From: an uncultured delta proteobacterium | Lineage (GTDB): Bacteria > Desulfobacterota > Binatia > UBA9968 | DNA: 64,000 nucleotides | Direction: 5' to 3' | Assembly: GCA_963816145.1 (NCBI GenBank) | Contig: CAWFJP010000024.1 | Coordinates: 32,001-96,000 of the forward strand | Notes under the pieces: generated by a model | The model's database searches: none | What the model saw: only the letters and a program-made list of their open reading frames with translations | Told to the model about the DNA's origin: nothing | Made by a program: the position numbers and the translations under genes | Shown here: positions 44,213-54,356 of the stretch, piece by piece | Layout of the letters: each line of letters starts with the position of its first letter | Position numbering within the stretch: the stretch's first letter is position 1

Positions 44213-46760
44213 ATGCAACTAAAGCCCTCCCAGGAACGCGTCATAAAGGAGGTTAAACTTTACCTAGATGCGCTGGCTACAGAGCAGGCGGCCGGGGGGC
44301 AATACGCATCCTTGGCAGCGTGGGACAAAGCAAAGAAACTGTTTCATCTGCCCGGTGACTACCGTCAACGCAAGAACAGCTTGGAGAAAGGATCTCCCCA
44401 ATGTTTTGTATCAAGGTACCAACGGGTGGTGGAAAGACGCTGCTGGCAACTCAGATTCTTGGACTCATCTATCAATCGATTCTGAAGTATCGTAATGGAT
44501 GTGGGCTCGTGCTGTGGGTAGTTCCCAGCGATCAGATTTATAAAGATACGCTCAAGGCGTTTCGTGACCGCAGGCATTTCTACCGTGAATCATTGGAGTT
44601 CGCATTGTCACGCCGCATCGAGGTGTGGGAAAAACACGAGATTTTCCGCCTAACGCCAGGCCAATTGCGTAGTAATTTAAACATCCTGATCCTGAAACTC
44701 GCCAGCACAAATCGTGAGACTCGGGAGCAACTCAAATTCTTTCGCGATAGCGGCGGCAACATCGTCCAGCATTTCCCGCCCGGAGAATGAACCGGAAAAC
44801 CACAAGGCGCTGAAGGCGCAGATCCCGAATCTGGACATGCTGGGGGACGATGAAAAACAAGAGGATCACTTGGGTGAAGACTTCCTCGGCAATTTGGTTC
44901 GTCTCTGCGAGCCGGCAGTCATCTTGGACGAAGGACACAAGGCCACAAGCGAGCTCGCGCGGAAGACCATCGAAGGATTCAACGCCTCGATCGTTGTCGA
45001 GCTATCGGCCACGCCGCATAAGGAAGCCAACGTTCTTGTTCGGGTAAGCTGGCAAGGAACTTCTTGACGAACAGATGATCAAGTTGCCGATCAACATCGC
45101 CAACTCCAACCAGCCGTCTTGGAGAAATTGCTTGACGCAGGCGCGGGAGAAGCGGGAGCACTTGGCAAAACTGGCGGAACGGCATTACAGCGCAACCGAA
45201 AAGCTCATTCGCCCGATCGTGTTAGTTCAGGTCGAACGGACCGGGAAGGACCAACGCGACGCCGGATTCGTTCACAGCGAACAAGTGAAGGAATATCTAA
45301 TGCAAAGGGAGGGTGTCGCTGAATCGGCTATCGCCATCAAGACCTCGGAAAAGGACGACATAGAAGGTATCGACCTCCTTGCCGAAGGTTGCCCGGTGGA
45401 ATGGATCATTACCAAGGCGGCGTTGCAGGAAGGATGGGATTGTCCATTCGCATACATCCTTGTATCGCTCAACAATACCGGCAGCCAGCAAAGCATGACC
45501 CAACTCGTAGGGCGGGTCCTTCGGCAACCCTATGTTGAACGAACGCCGTTTGATGAGCTCAACGAGAGCTACGTGTTCTGTTTACGACGAAAGGCCGCCG
45601 ATATTTCTCGTGAGGTGAAGAAGGCGCTGGAGCAAGAAGGGTATGAAGGCGACGCAGCAAGTGTTGTAGACAGGAGCACCGATGATGGAAAGTCTCTGCC
45701 AAAGCGCCAGGCTACTATTCGGGAAGAATTTCGTCGTTACTATCGGGATTTTGAGGGCAAAATTTATCTGCCTCGTTTTTGTGTCAAGCACGGAAACAAC
45801 TATGAAGTGATGGACTACTTCCGACACTTGCTTAGTCAGGTAGATGTAAAGCGGTTCGATTACGCCGGAATCGACTGGAATATGGCGACCGCGCTCGAAG
45901 CAGCCAAGGACTCTGTCTATCGTCTGACGCTCGAACAAGACGACCTTGAGCGTGTAGCGGAACGTGAATCGGTTACTTTGGAAACGGATGAGCAGGTAAA
46001 GGGCTGGTTGGTCGCCAGCTTGCCGTTTGATTACTTCAGTCAGAAACAGTTGCGGGTAGTAGTCAGCCGGGCAGCGGAGCGTTTGTATCAGCGCACGCCG
46101 GAGCTTGCCGGCCGGTTGGGATTGGTCAAGTTCGAAGTGCGTGAAAGGATTGTAGGACTGATCGAGCGCGGAACGGACCGCCAAACCCAAGAAGCTTTCG
46201 AGGCCCTGTTCAACAACAAACGACTACGATTTTACCTTGAATGCGTGGAGGGGCGCTTTGAGATTCCACCCAAGATTGATATTCGGGGACCGAAGAGACT
46301 GATACACGATGATAACGAGCCTATTCAGCGGTCGCTCTTTGATTATGTGGCCGACGACCTCAACGAGTATGAAAAGTCGGTTGCTCTGTATCTCGACAAA
46401 CATCCTGAAGTTCTTTGGTGGTATCGGAATCTCATCGGTCCGCAGTATTTCTCAATCCAAGGGTACAGGCGCAATAAGATATATCCTGATTTTCTCGTTC
46501 AACAGGGGCATAACAAAAAGCCGGTGGCCTCTGTGGTCGTGGTCGAGAGCAAGGGCAAGCATCTTAAAGGGAACGAAGACACGAACTATAAACGCAAGAT
46601 TGCCAATTACTTCCAAAAAGTTGGGTACAAAGTACCTTGGCAGAAACTCGCAGCAGACTTTGAGGATGAAACATTCCGTGTTCAAGTCCTGGACGAGGGA
46701 GAGTACACGGATCGTGATTGGCGCGATGATCTGAAAAAGCTCCTTGAGTCTGCGTCCTAA
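44213..46760 (+). CDS. res: Type III R-M restriction subunit Res (several frameshifts)
   Basis: KVPTGGGKT (Walker A), ILDEGH, LSATP, ALQEGWDCP, QLVGRVLRQP, C-terminal YPDF..ESKG nuclease motif. Confidence 0.88.
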
Positions 46761-46837
46761 GAATTAGGCTCCTAACACTAGCCTAGCTAACTTGACTGTC
46801 TTGTTAGTGGCCGTGTTTAACGATCAGCGACAAACTG

Positions 46838-47221
46838 TACGAATACACAAAGCGGTCGCACATCAACTTCTGCGTCTTCGACAGTACGTGGGAGGCCTCC
46901 GACGAATTCCAAATCGATCGCAACAAAAACGTCGAGGCCTGGGTTAAAAACGACCATCTCGGTTTTGAAGTGCTCTATGTCTTCAAAGGCGAGGTGCACA
47001 AATACCGGCCGGATTTCATTATCCGCTTAAAGACCGGCAAGTTCTTGGTGCTCGAAACCAAGGGGCAGGATACCGATCAAGACAAAACCAAGCGCGCGTT
47101 TTTGGAGATTTGGGTCAAGGCCGTGAATGAACACGGCGGGTTCGAGCAATGGAGTTGCGCGGTAGCGCGAAAGCCTGGAGACGTGGTCGATATATTGGCC
47201 GGAACCGGTCACAAATTGTGA
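46838..47221 (+). pseudogene. 3' stub of a second type III Res (BPTD_3080-like)
   Basis: KRSHINFCVFDSTWEA..WVKNDHLGFEVLY..YRPDFIIRL..LETKG..WVKAVNEHGGF; nuclease tail only, no helicase region. Confidence 0.8.
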
Positions 47222-47374
47222 CCAGTTAGATACCCCACCGATGCCTGGCCACGCGGGTTCGCGTTACGTTTTCAACAAATCGAAATTCGTCGATTAAATG
47301 GCGGCGCTTCCATGACGATCACCAGGCAGCCGGTGGAGACCGCGATCGCCGGGAAAACAACCAAGAGCGACGCT

Positions 47375-47710
47375 CTAGCGCGCCACCTGCGCCTTGAGTT
47401 GGTTGAGCTCTTGTTGCTGCTGTTGGATCTGCGCTTGCTGCGCCGCCATCTGCTGCTGCAGCGATTGTTCTTGCTGCTGCCGCTCCTGCACTTGATTGCC
47501 GATCAAGGCGCCGCCGATCAGGCCGATGGCGGCGCCGATGCCGGCGCCGGCGCCGGCATGACCCGTCGCCGAGCCGATGATCGCGCCCAAACCTGCGCCG
47601 GTAAATGTGCCGATCGCCGCCCCCTTCTCCGTCGTCGAAAGCGGTTGCGAACAGCCGGCGAACACCAGAGCCAATAGGATTGCTGAAATCGTCATGAAAT
47701 TTTTACCCAT
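47375..47710 (-). CDS. Glycine-zipper lipoprotein
   Basis: VFAGC lipobox, GAAIG..GAGLGAIIG..GAGIGAAIG, Gln-rich coil; start MGKNF with an AGGAG RBS. Confidence 0.85.
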   Translation of the reverse strand: MGKNFMTISAILLALVFAGCSQPLSTTEKGAAIGTFTGAGLGAIIGSATGHAGAGAGIGAAIGLIGGALIGNQVQERQQQEQSLQQQMAAQQAQIQQQQQELNQLKAQVAR

Positions 47711-47753
47711 ACGTCGCTCCTTAAATTGTTTTAATCGCTGTGCCCCCGGCCGG

Positions 47754-47936
47754 TTGAACGACCCTCGGCTTAAAGTCGCGGGGTTCCGATGTCGTCGACT
47801 AGATGTCGACTCTTCCTTGTCGTCATTCCGGCGCAGGCCGGAATCCAGGTGACGGACAGCGTCCGTCATACCGTTGAAAAACGGTATCCAGATTCTGGGG
47901 GACAGGGGATGGACCCCGGTTTTCACCGGGGTGACG
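47754..47936 (-). repeat. Second copy of the 2763-2883 element plus another GTCAT-type palindrome pair
   Basis: Reverse complement of 47754-47850 aligns to 2763-2883 except for a 22-nt insert and a few small differences. Confidence 0.8.
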
Positions 47937-48030
47937 TTAGCCGCCGGCATGACCAACCTTCGCTTCGCCTGAAGGCGAGGGATTTCAACCACAACCGAAA
48001 GTAACATTCGCATCCATTCAATGAGCGAGT

Positions 48031-48472
48031 TCACTTTCCGCCGGCCGCTTTGGCGCGCTGCGGATGGAGTTCTTGAACCAGCGTGATCACGGCCTCGGCA
48101 AAATATTGCTTGCCGTTGGCCCGGCAGCCCTTTTCAAGCCGCGCCTTGATATCATCCATATTCAAGGTTCCCACCACATCATAAGTGTCTGACACGTATA
48201 GATTATGCGCCGTCACGAAAACCGGCGATCCAATGCTCGACGATTTTATCGACGATCTCGTAGAGTTCGTCTTTGGTATAACGCTCGTGGTTCTCGAGTG
48301 TCTCGAGCCGTTTCTCTCTAAACTTGATGTAATCATCACAGCTTCGCTGGCCAACGCCATAAGCAAAATATCGGCTGTTGCTATCGAGCGCGTAAAGCTC
48401 CGAACTCGCGACAACAACGAGCAGCAATATGCCGGTTAACATGCGCGTTGATTTCAAGATTGTTTTTGTCAT
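48031..48472 (-). CDS. Small secreted two-cysteine hypothetical protein (frameshift near 48220)
   Basis: Signal peptide; GVGQRSCDDY..HWIAGF joins VTAHNLY..CRANG across ORFs 48203..48511 and 48031..48417. Confidence 0.65.
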
Positions 48473-48529
48473 GGTCAGCATCCCCCTAAAGCATGCAAAT
48501 TTGTTTAGCAACGACTGTGTCGCAGTATC

Positions 48530-48875
48530 AAGGGACGAGTGTCGGGTGTCGAGGGAAAGAAATACAACTCGCCGGTCGACACTTCTTCACAGGAGGCAAC
48601 GGAGGAAACAGAGATTTTAAGAAAACCCTCCGTTGACTCCGTTTGCTCCTCTGTCGTACCGAGGGTCGAGGGTCGGGTGTCGAGGGAATGAAATACAACC
48701 CGCCGGTCGTCACTTCTTAACAGGAGGCAACGGAGGAAACAGAGATATTTTTAAACTCTCCGTTAACTTCGTTTGCTCCTGTTAGATAGGATTTCTCTTC
48801 ACTCGACCCTCGACACTCGACACTCGTCCCTCAATCTGCCCCTCGACACCCGACACTCTAACACTCTTTCACTCG
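48530..48875. repeat. Mosaic repeat cluster 1: two tandem ~131-bp units (heptamer tract plus ACAGGAG hairpin)
   Basis: Hairpins at 48589-48650 and 48719-48784; TCGAGGG/CACTCGA tracts around them. Confidence 0.9.
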
Positions 48876-48876
48876 T

Positions 48877-50187
48877 CTACTTTTCCCCCACCTCTTCCTG
48901 CGCCAACATTCCCATCACCTCGTCGGCGTAACGGTTGTGGCGTAACAGATTGGCCATCATTTTCATCGGCCGGTCGATATGTTTGAAAAATGCTTTGTAC
49001 CCCGCGCACAGATAATTGAGCCCCGGCTCGCCCTCCGGCGTGGTGATGAAACGGTTCTTGGGGCACTCGCCGTGACAGGCGAAGCGCACTTCGCACTGCC
49101 GGCAGTATTTCGGCAATGTGTCGCGCTTGTCTTGGCCGAATTTGATCTGCGCCGGCGAGGTTAAGAGCTCGATCATGTGGCTCTGTTGAATGTTGCCGAG
49201 TTTGTACGCAGGTTCGACGTAGTGGTCGCAGCTATAGAGGTCGCCGTTGTGCTCCAGGGCCAGTGCACCGCCGCAGGTCTCGGCGAAGATGCACACCGCG
49301 CCGGGCACGCCGAGCCAGTTGGCCAAAGCCGAGTCGAAATGCTGGACATAAATTTTGCCGACGTCGCGGCGCACCCATTCATCGAAGATGGCCATGAGAA
49401 ATTTCCCGAACGGCTCGGCCTGCACCGAACGGTCGGTGACCAGACTGCCTTCGATGGTGTAAAGCGGCCGGTCGCCGCCGGGACGCTCGCTCCAGCCTTG
49501 GTTGGCGATCGGCAGCATGGCGTCGCTGACGCGCTCGACGATCGGGATGAACTGGAGATACTGGGCGCCGAGTTCATCGCGGAAAAAATGGTAGAGTTCC
49601 AGCGGATGATTCTGATTGGCGGCGTGGACCGTGCACATAATGTTGAAATCGACGTTGTGCTTCTTGAGATTGTCCAAGCCGCGCATGACCTGGTCGAAGC
49701 TGCCTTCGCCGCCTTTGTTGACCCGGTAGGTGTCGTGGATTTCTCTCGGCCCGTCGACGCTCAAGCCGACGAGAAAGTTGTTTTTCTTGAAAAAAGCGCA
49801 AAGCTCGTCGTCGAGTTGGGTGCCGTTGGTCTGCACCGTATATTCGATCCGCTGGTGCGGCCGCTTGTACTTGTCGGCGTACTGCACCGACTTTTGAAAA
49901 AACTCCAAACCCATCAACGTCGGTTCACCGCCCTGCCAGGCGATAGTAACCTCCGGAGTCTGGTGACTTTCGAGCAACTGCTTGATGTAGGTCTCGAGCA
50001 GCTCATCCGCCATACGGAAGCGGCTGCCGGGATAAAGCATTTCTTTGGAAAGAAAAAAACAGTACTTGCAGTCGAGATTGCAGATCGCCCCGGTAGGCTT
50101 GGACAAAATGTGAAACGCCGGCGGCGCGTTCTTGGGCAGCGTCAGCCCGCTCGGGTCGCTTGCCGGCGAATTATTGGGATTGTTCAT
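48877..50187 (-). CDS. Anaerobic sulfatase maturase (radical SAM/SPASM)
   Basis: KPTGAICNLDCKYC, WQGGEPTL, YSCDHY, CRQC..CHGECPKNR. Confidence 0.95.
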   Translation of the reverse strand: MNNPNNSPASDPSGLTLPKNAPPAFHILSKPTGAICNLDCKYCFFLSKEMLYPGSRFRMADELLETYIKQLLESHQTPEVTIAWQGGEPTLMGLEFFQKSVQYADKYKRPHQRIEYTVQTNGTQLDDELCAFFKKNNFLVGLSVDGPREIHDTYRVNKGGEGSFDQVMRGLDNLKKHNVDFNIMCTVHAANQNHPLELYHFFRDELGAQYLQFIPIVERVSDAMLPIANQGWSERPGGDRPLYTIEGSLVTDRSVQAEPFGKFLMAIFDEWVRRDVGKIYVQHFDSALANWLGVPGAVCIFAETCGGALALEHNGDLYSCDHYVEPAYKLGNIQQSHMIELLTSPAQIKFGQDKRDTLPKYCRQCEVRFACHGECPKNRFITTPEGEPGLNYLCAGYKAFFKHIDRPMKMMANLLRHNRYADEVMGMLAQEEVGEK

Positions 50188-50229
50188 TGTGATGGCCTAT
50201 GGTCTGTGACATCAGTTGCCGATCTTTCG

Positions 50230-50657
50230 ATTTAACAGGAGCAAACCTGGAGGGATTTTACACAGGAGGTAACGAAGGTAACAGAGATTGATATTGCTAA
50301 GAATAACTCCTTTCCCTCTGTTTGCTCCTGTTCAAATCTCGATCTTCGTTATCTCCGTTGCCTCCTGTGATAAATTTCTTTTCCTCGTCTCCGGCTTGAT
50401 TCCGTCATCACCGGTTCGCTCCCGGCAGAAACAGCCGCGGTCTTCCTATTTAACAGGAGCAAACCTAGAGGGATTTTACACAGGAGGCAACGGAGGTAAC
50501 GGAGATTGATATTGCTAAGAATAACTCCGTTCCCTCTGTTTGCTCCTGTTCAAATCTCCGATCTTCGTTACTTCGTTTCCTCCTGTTAGAAATTTCTTCT
50601 TTCCCTCTTCTCCTGCTTGATTCGTCATCACCGGTTCGCTCCCGGCAAAAACAGCCG
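50230..50657. repeat. Mosaic repeat cluster 2: ~208-bp tandem duplication (50230-50437, 50448-50657)
   Basis: Each copy has four ACAGGAG-family arms plus the last 30 nt of the GxxExxY gene. Confidence 0.92.
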
Positions 50658-51029
50658 ATGAACGCCGTTCGTCAATTTCATTTCGTGAAAGTTTATCAGC
50701 AATCCAACCGGCACATTGAGAAGCTTCATGTAACTCAATAATTGCGCTTTGTGGATCGGCAGAATCTTTTCGACAGCCTTTGCTTCGACCAAAACGCAGC
50801 CGTCCACGAGCAGATCAAAACGTAACAGATCCTCCCGCGTGAAACCCTTGTACTCGATCGACACACCCCGCTGACTCACAAAAGGCAGACCCCGCAATTC
50901 GAGCTCTTTCGTCAGGCACCACTCGTAGATAGACTCCATCAAACCCGGACCTTTGTCGCGATGCACTTCGATGGCCGCGCCAATGATAACCTCGGTCAGG
51001 CCGTATGCTTTTTCGTACAGGAAATGCAT
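50628..51029 (-). CDS. GxxExxY protein (PD-(D/E)xK nuclease fold)
   Basis: IIGAAIEVHRDKGPGLMESIYE, RFDLLV..VEAKAV, AQLLSYMKL..GLLINF; likely start MHFLY at 51029. Confidence 0.95.
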   Translation of the reverse strand: MHFLYEKAYGLTEVIIGAAIEVHRDKGPGLMESIYEWCLTKELELRGLPFVSQRGVSIEYKGFTREDLLRFDLLVDGCVLVEAKAVEKILPIHKAQLLSYMKLLNVPVGLLINFHEMKLTNGVHRLFLPGANR

Positions 51030-51038
51030 CACTGATCT

Positions 51039-51155
51039 AACAGGAGGTAACGGAGGAAACGGAGCTTCCCCAAAAAACCATCCCATCTCTGTTACCTCCG
51101 TTAACTCCGTTTGCTCCTGTTCAAATGAATTCCCTCTTCACTCCACACCCGACAC
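51039..51155. repeat. Mosaic repeat cluster 3
   Basis: AACAGGAGGTAACGGAGGAAACGGAG..CTCTGTTACCTCCGTTAACTCCGTTTGCTCCTGTT, then CTCTTCACTCCACACCCGACAC. Confidence 0.9.
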
Positions 51156-51159
51156 TTTT

Positions 51160-52128
51160 CTACTTCTTCCGCACGATGCAGCGAATGCCGATATGACTCA
51201 TGCCGGTGTCGATCATCTGCGGTTGGCGCGCCGCCGGGCGATAACGCAAGCAATAGTTGGGCGCGCATAAGTGCGAACCGCCTTTGACGACTTTGCGCGG
51301 AATACGAAATTGCGGTTGTGCCGGATCGTAGCTTTTATCCGGCGATTCGATGCGCGGATTGACCGCCGGGCCGCAGCAGGGTTTGACGACTTCGTCGGCG
51401 CGCCGCGGCACGAACCAGTCGCAGGTCCATTCCCACACGTTGCCGGCCATGTCATAAAGCCCATAACCGTTAGCCGGAAAGCTTCCGACCGGAGAAGTTC
51501 CCTCGTAGCCGTCGAGTAATTTGTTCTGCCAAGGAAATTCTCCCTGCCAACTATTGGCCATCGCCTTGCCGCCGGGAAAATCCTCATCGCCCCAGGTGAA
51601 CTTCTTGCCGTCAAGGCCGCCGCGCGCGGCAAATTCCCACTCCGCTTCAGTCGGCAGGTTTTTGCCGGCCCAGCCGGCATAGGCCTCGGCGTCTTCGTAG
51701 GCGACGTGAACCACCGGGTGTTGCTCGATACCGTCAAGTGAAGAGCCTGGCCCGAACGGGTGGCGCCAGCTCGTGCCCGGCGCCCAGACCCACCAGTTGG
51801 CGTAGTTTTTTAAATCGACCGCGCCGGCGGTTTTGTGAAACAACATCGAGCCCGGCACCAAATTCTCCACCGGCGCGCCGGGAAAGTCCGCGGCATTGAG
51901 CGGGCGCTCGGCAAGCGTGACGTAACCGGTCGCGGCGACAAAGCGCGCAAACTGCTCGTTGGTCACCGTGTAGCGGTCGATCCAGAAACCGTCGACACTG
52001 ACCTCGTGTACCGGACGTTCTTCCGGGTAGAAATCTTCCGACCCCATGCGAAAAGTCCCGCCCGGAATCCAGACCATGTTGGGATGCGGCGCAGCATCAG
52101 GTTGGCTGACTGACGTTATTGTGTTCAT
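51160..52128 (-). CDS. Formylglycine-generating enzyme (FGE)
   Basis: IPGGTFRMGS, LPTEAEWEFAARGG, GLYDMAGNVWEW, KGGSHLCAPNYCLRYR with the catalytic cysteines. Confidence 0.95.
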   Translation of the reverse strand: MNTITSVSQPDAAPHPNMVWIPGGTFRMGSEDFYPEERPVHEVSVDGFWIDRYTVTNEQFARFVAATGYVTLAERPLNAADFPGAPVENLVPGSMLFHKTAGAVDLKNYANWWVWAPGTSWRHPFGPGSSLDGIEQHPVVHVAYEDAEAYAGWAGKNLPTEAEWEFAARGGLDGKKFTWGDEDFPGGKAMANSWQGEFPWQNKLLDGYEGTSPVGSFPANGYGLYDMAGNVWEWTCDWFVPRRADEVVKPCCGPAVNPRIESPDKSYDPAQPQFRIPRKVVKGGSHLCAPNYCLRYRPAARQPQMIDTGMSHIGIRCIVRKK

Positions 52129-52152
52129 GGACCACCTCTTAAAATCAAATTG

Positions 52153-52550
52153 AACAGGAGTTCAGAGAGGCAAACAATACGGATTTTGCACAGGAGGTAA
52201 CGGAGAGAACCGAGATATATTTCTTAAAGACAAACTCTGTTTGCTCCGTTTGCTCCTGTTTAAAATTCATTTCTGATATTTCAATTGCCTCCTGTTAAAT
52301 TGAATCCCTCTTAACTCGACCCTCGACACTCGTCACTCGTCACTTCTTCACAGGAGCTAACAGAGCAAACAGAGTTTAGTTAGATTCGTCTCCGTTCTCT
52401 CCGTTGCCTCCTGTTCAATTGAATCTCTCTTCACTCGACCCTCGACACTCGTCCCTCGACACTCGCCTCTTCTTCACAGGAGCTAACAGAGGAAACAGAG
52501 TTTAACAAAATTCTTTTGGGTTCCCTCCGTTGTCTCTGTTTGCTCCGGTT
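52153..52550. repeat. Mosaic repeat cluster 4: three hairpin units separated by heptamer tracts
   Basis: Units at 52153-52296, 52350-52415 and 52476-52550. Confidence 0.9.
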
Positions 52551-53830
52551 CAAAATTTACTCTCTCGTGCCGCTGATGGCAGGTCCTTGCACCGCGAGGC
52601 ATCGAACACCACCTGGTCATACCACCACAAGCGCTCGAAGAGGGCGCGCGCGGTGTCGCGCTGACCGCGCGCACCGGCGATCTCGCCGGCGGAACGCGTG
52701 CCGTCGATCGCATCGAAGATTTTTTTCTGCTGCGCGTCGATCGGCAAGTAAAGGTCGGTGTAGCTGTGGCTCCGATTGATCAGCACCGCGGCGGCACCGG
52801 GCGGCAGCCGCTCTTGAACGCAGATCGTCGCCGACATGCGAATCGGCACATAGCCAAGCCAGGCGTCACCGGTAAAACTGATCGGTTGCCGGTCGCCAGG
52901 AACATCATCACGGTAAACGACCGCGCTGTGGCGCACCATCGTGCCGCGAAACAGTTCCACCGCGGCATACTGCTCTGCCAACGGAAGCTCTGCCAGCCGG
53001 GCCGCCTGCGGGATATTAGCGATCACGCCGCAACCAGGGCTGTAGGGAGCTTGTCTGATCCAGCGACCGAAGCCCAGTGCTCCGCGATTGATGAAATCGA
53101 AAAATTGCGCCACCGAATACGCGCGGTCTTGCGGGTGCAATAGCGCGTCGGCGAGCGCCGCCTCGTGCCGAAACTCCGGTGCTTCGCGCAGCAGGTTTCC
53201 CAGCGGATGCCCGGGTGGCAGCGCCTTGAGCGCGGCGCTGAGATCGCGAATCCCGTCATCGGTGGCGGAGATGCCGAGCCGCCGGCAAAACTCCTGCAGC
53301 ATATAGATACCGGTGCGTCCGTACGGCGCGTACACCATAAGATGCATCGCGCCCTCCGGTTTGAGTACATCGCGCAGAGCTCTGAGCCCTGCGTCAGGGT
53401 CGGCAAGATGATGCAGCACTCCGGTGCAGACGATCTGATCGAAATTCTTTGCCAGTTCTTGTACCCGCTCGACGGCAAGCTGATGGACCTGGAGATTTTC
53501 TAATTTGTATTTGCGTTTAAGTTCCTCGGTACAGCGCACACTGGTTGCGCTGAAGTCGACGCCGGTGACCTGAGCCTCGGGCCAGCGCATGGCATGCTTG
53601 GCCGCCTGCGAGGTGCCGCAGCCGGCAATCAAGATTGAGTAATCTTCCCGAAACGATCGAGCGGGCCAAAACAGATGGTAGTCCGCGCGGCGCTTTTGTC
53701 GGTCCTGCCAAAGCTGCCGATATTTTTCCAGACTGTCGATCGGCCGTGGATAAGGATAGCGCTCGTAGAAATCCCGGACTTCCTCGTCCACGGCAACTAA
53801 AGTCGAAGGATTTTTTTCTTGCCGGCTCAT
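52550..53830 (-). CDS. Class I SAM-dependent methyltransferase
   Basis: VRDFYERYPYP, ILIAGCGT, FDQIVCTGVLHHL, LMVYAPYGR. Confidence 0.9.
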   Translation of the reverse strand: MSRQEKNPSTLVAVDEEVRDFYERYPYPRPIDSLEKYRQLWQDRQKRRADYHLFWPARSFREDYSILIAGCGTSQAAKHAMRWPEAQVTGVDFSATSVRCTEELKRKYKLENLQVHQLAVERVQELAKNFDQIVCTGVLHHLADPDAGLRALRDVLKPEGAMHLMVYAPYGRTGIYMLQEFCRRLGISATDDGIRDLSAALKALPPGHPLGNLLREAPEFRHEAALADALLHPQDRAYSVAQFFDFINRGALGFGRWIRQAPYSPGCGVIANIPQAARLAELPLAEQYAAVELFRGTMVRHSAVVYRDDVPGDRQPISFTGDAWLGYVPIRMSATICVQERLPPGAAAVLINRSHSYTDLYLPIDAQQKKIFDAIDGTRSAGEIAGARGQRDTARALFERLWWYDQVVFDASRCKDLPSAARESKF

Positions 53831-53902
53831 GGGGACTTTCCAAGCAATTTATAAGTATGACGCCAGTTCATGAGAAAATCCCTCCCAACCTCCCTTTGCC
53901 AA

Positions 53903-54034
53903 GAGGCTGTGTCGCAACTGTCATTCCGAGGTGAAGCCGAGGAATCTCTTCTTCGTATGTGGCTGAAAATACGAGATCCCTCGCTCCGCTCGGGATGACA
54001 GATGTGGGGCATTTGCGCATTGCGACACAGCCTC
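53903..54034. mobile_element. 132-bp MITE with perfect 15-bp TIRs and a 3-bp CAA target duplication
   Basis: GAGGCTGTGTCGCAA (53903-53917) / TTGCGACACAGCCTC (54020-54034); CAA on both sides. Confidence 0.85.
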
Positions 54035-54074
54035 CAAAGGGAGGCGGAACTCCCCCTCTTTAGCAAAGAGGGGC

Positions 54075-54248
54075 CAGTGTGCCGACCCAAAAGTTCGCTA
54101 CATAATTCATCCGTCATTCCGGGCAAGCTGGCGATCGCTAGCGCGACGCGGAATCCAGGACAATCGCGAACCTGGATGCCGGCCTTCTCCGGCATGACGA
54201 TATCAGGCCGTCCGCCTTGTTTTGCGAACCTCTGGACCACGACACTAG
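54075..54248. mobile_element. Second MITE-like insert with imperfect TIRs
   Basis: CAGTGTGCCGACCCAAAAGTTCGC / GCGAACCTCTGGACCACGACACTAG; internal GTCATTCCGG..GGCATGAC pair; splits GAGGGGC|GGGAGATTT. Confidence 0.55.
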
Positions 54249-54356
54249 GGGAGATTTTTGAATTTGGCATCCAACCAATGTTCCTATGTGTCACCAACAG
54301 GTTCAACGTCTGTGTTACGGCAGCGGTCGTCTGGTAATCGGCGCATTAGAGTTATT

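Noticed and set aside
50230-50657. Diversity-generating retroelement TR/VR pair
   Set aside because: No reverse transcriptase; differences between copies are not adenine-specific and most of the repeat is non-coding.
48530-52550. CRISPR array interpretation of the ACAGGAG repeats
   Set aside because: Arms alternate in orientation, are degenerate, have short AT-rich loops of uneven length and are scattered between genes; no cas genes are present.
48528-54337. Short ORFs over repeats (48528..48713, 50288..50509, 53827..54306, 54002..54337) and the 5' extensions of 50628..51086 and 47375..48034
   Set aside because: They are translations of the repeat or MITE sequence itself.
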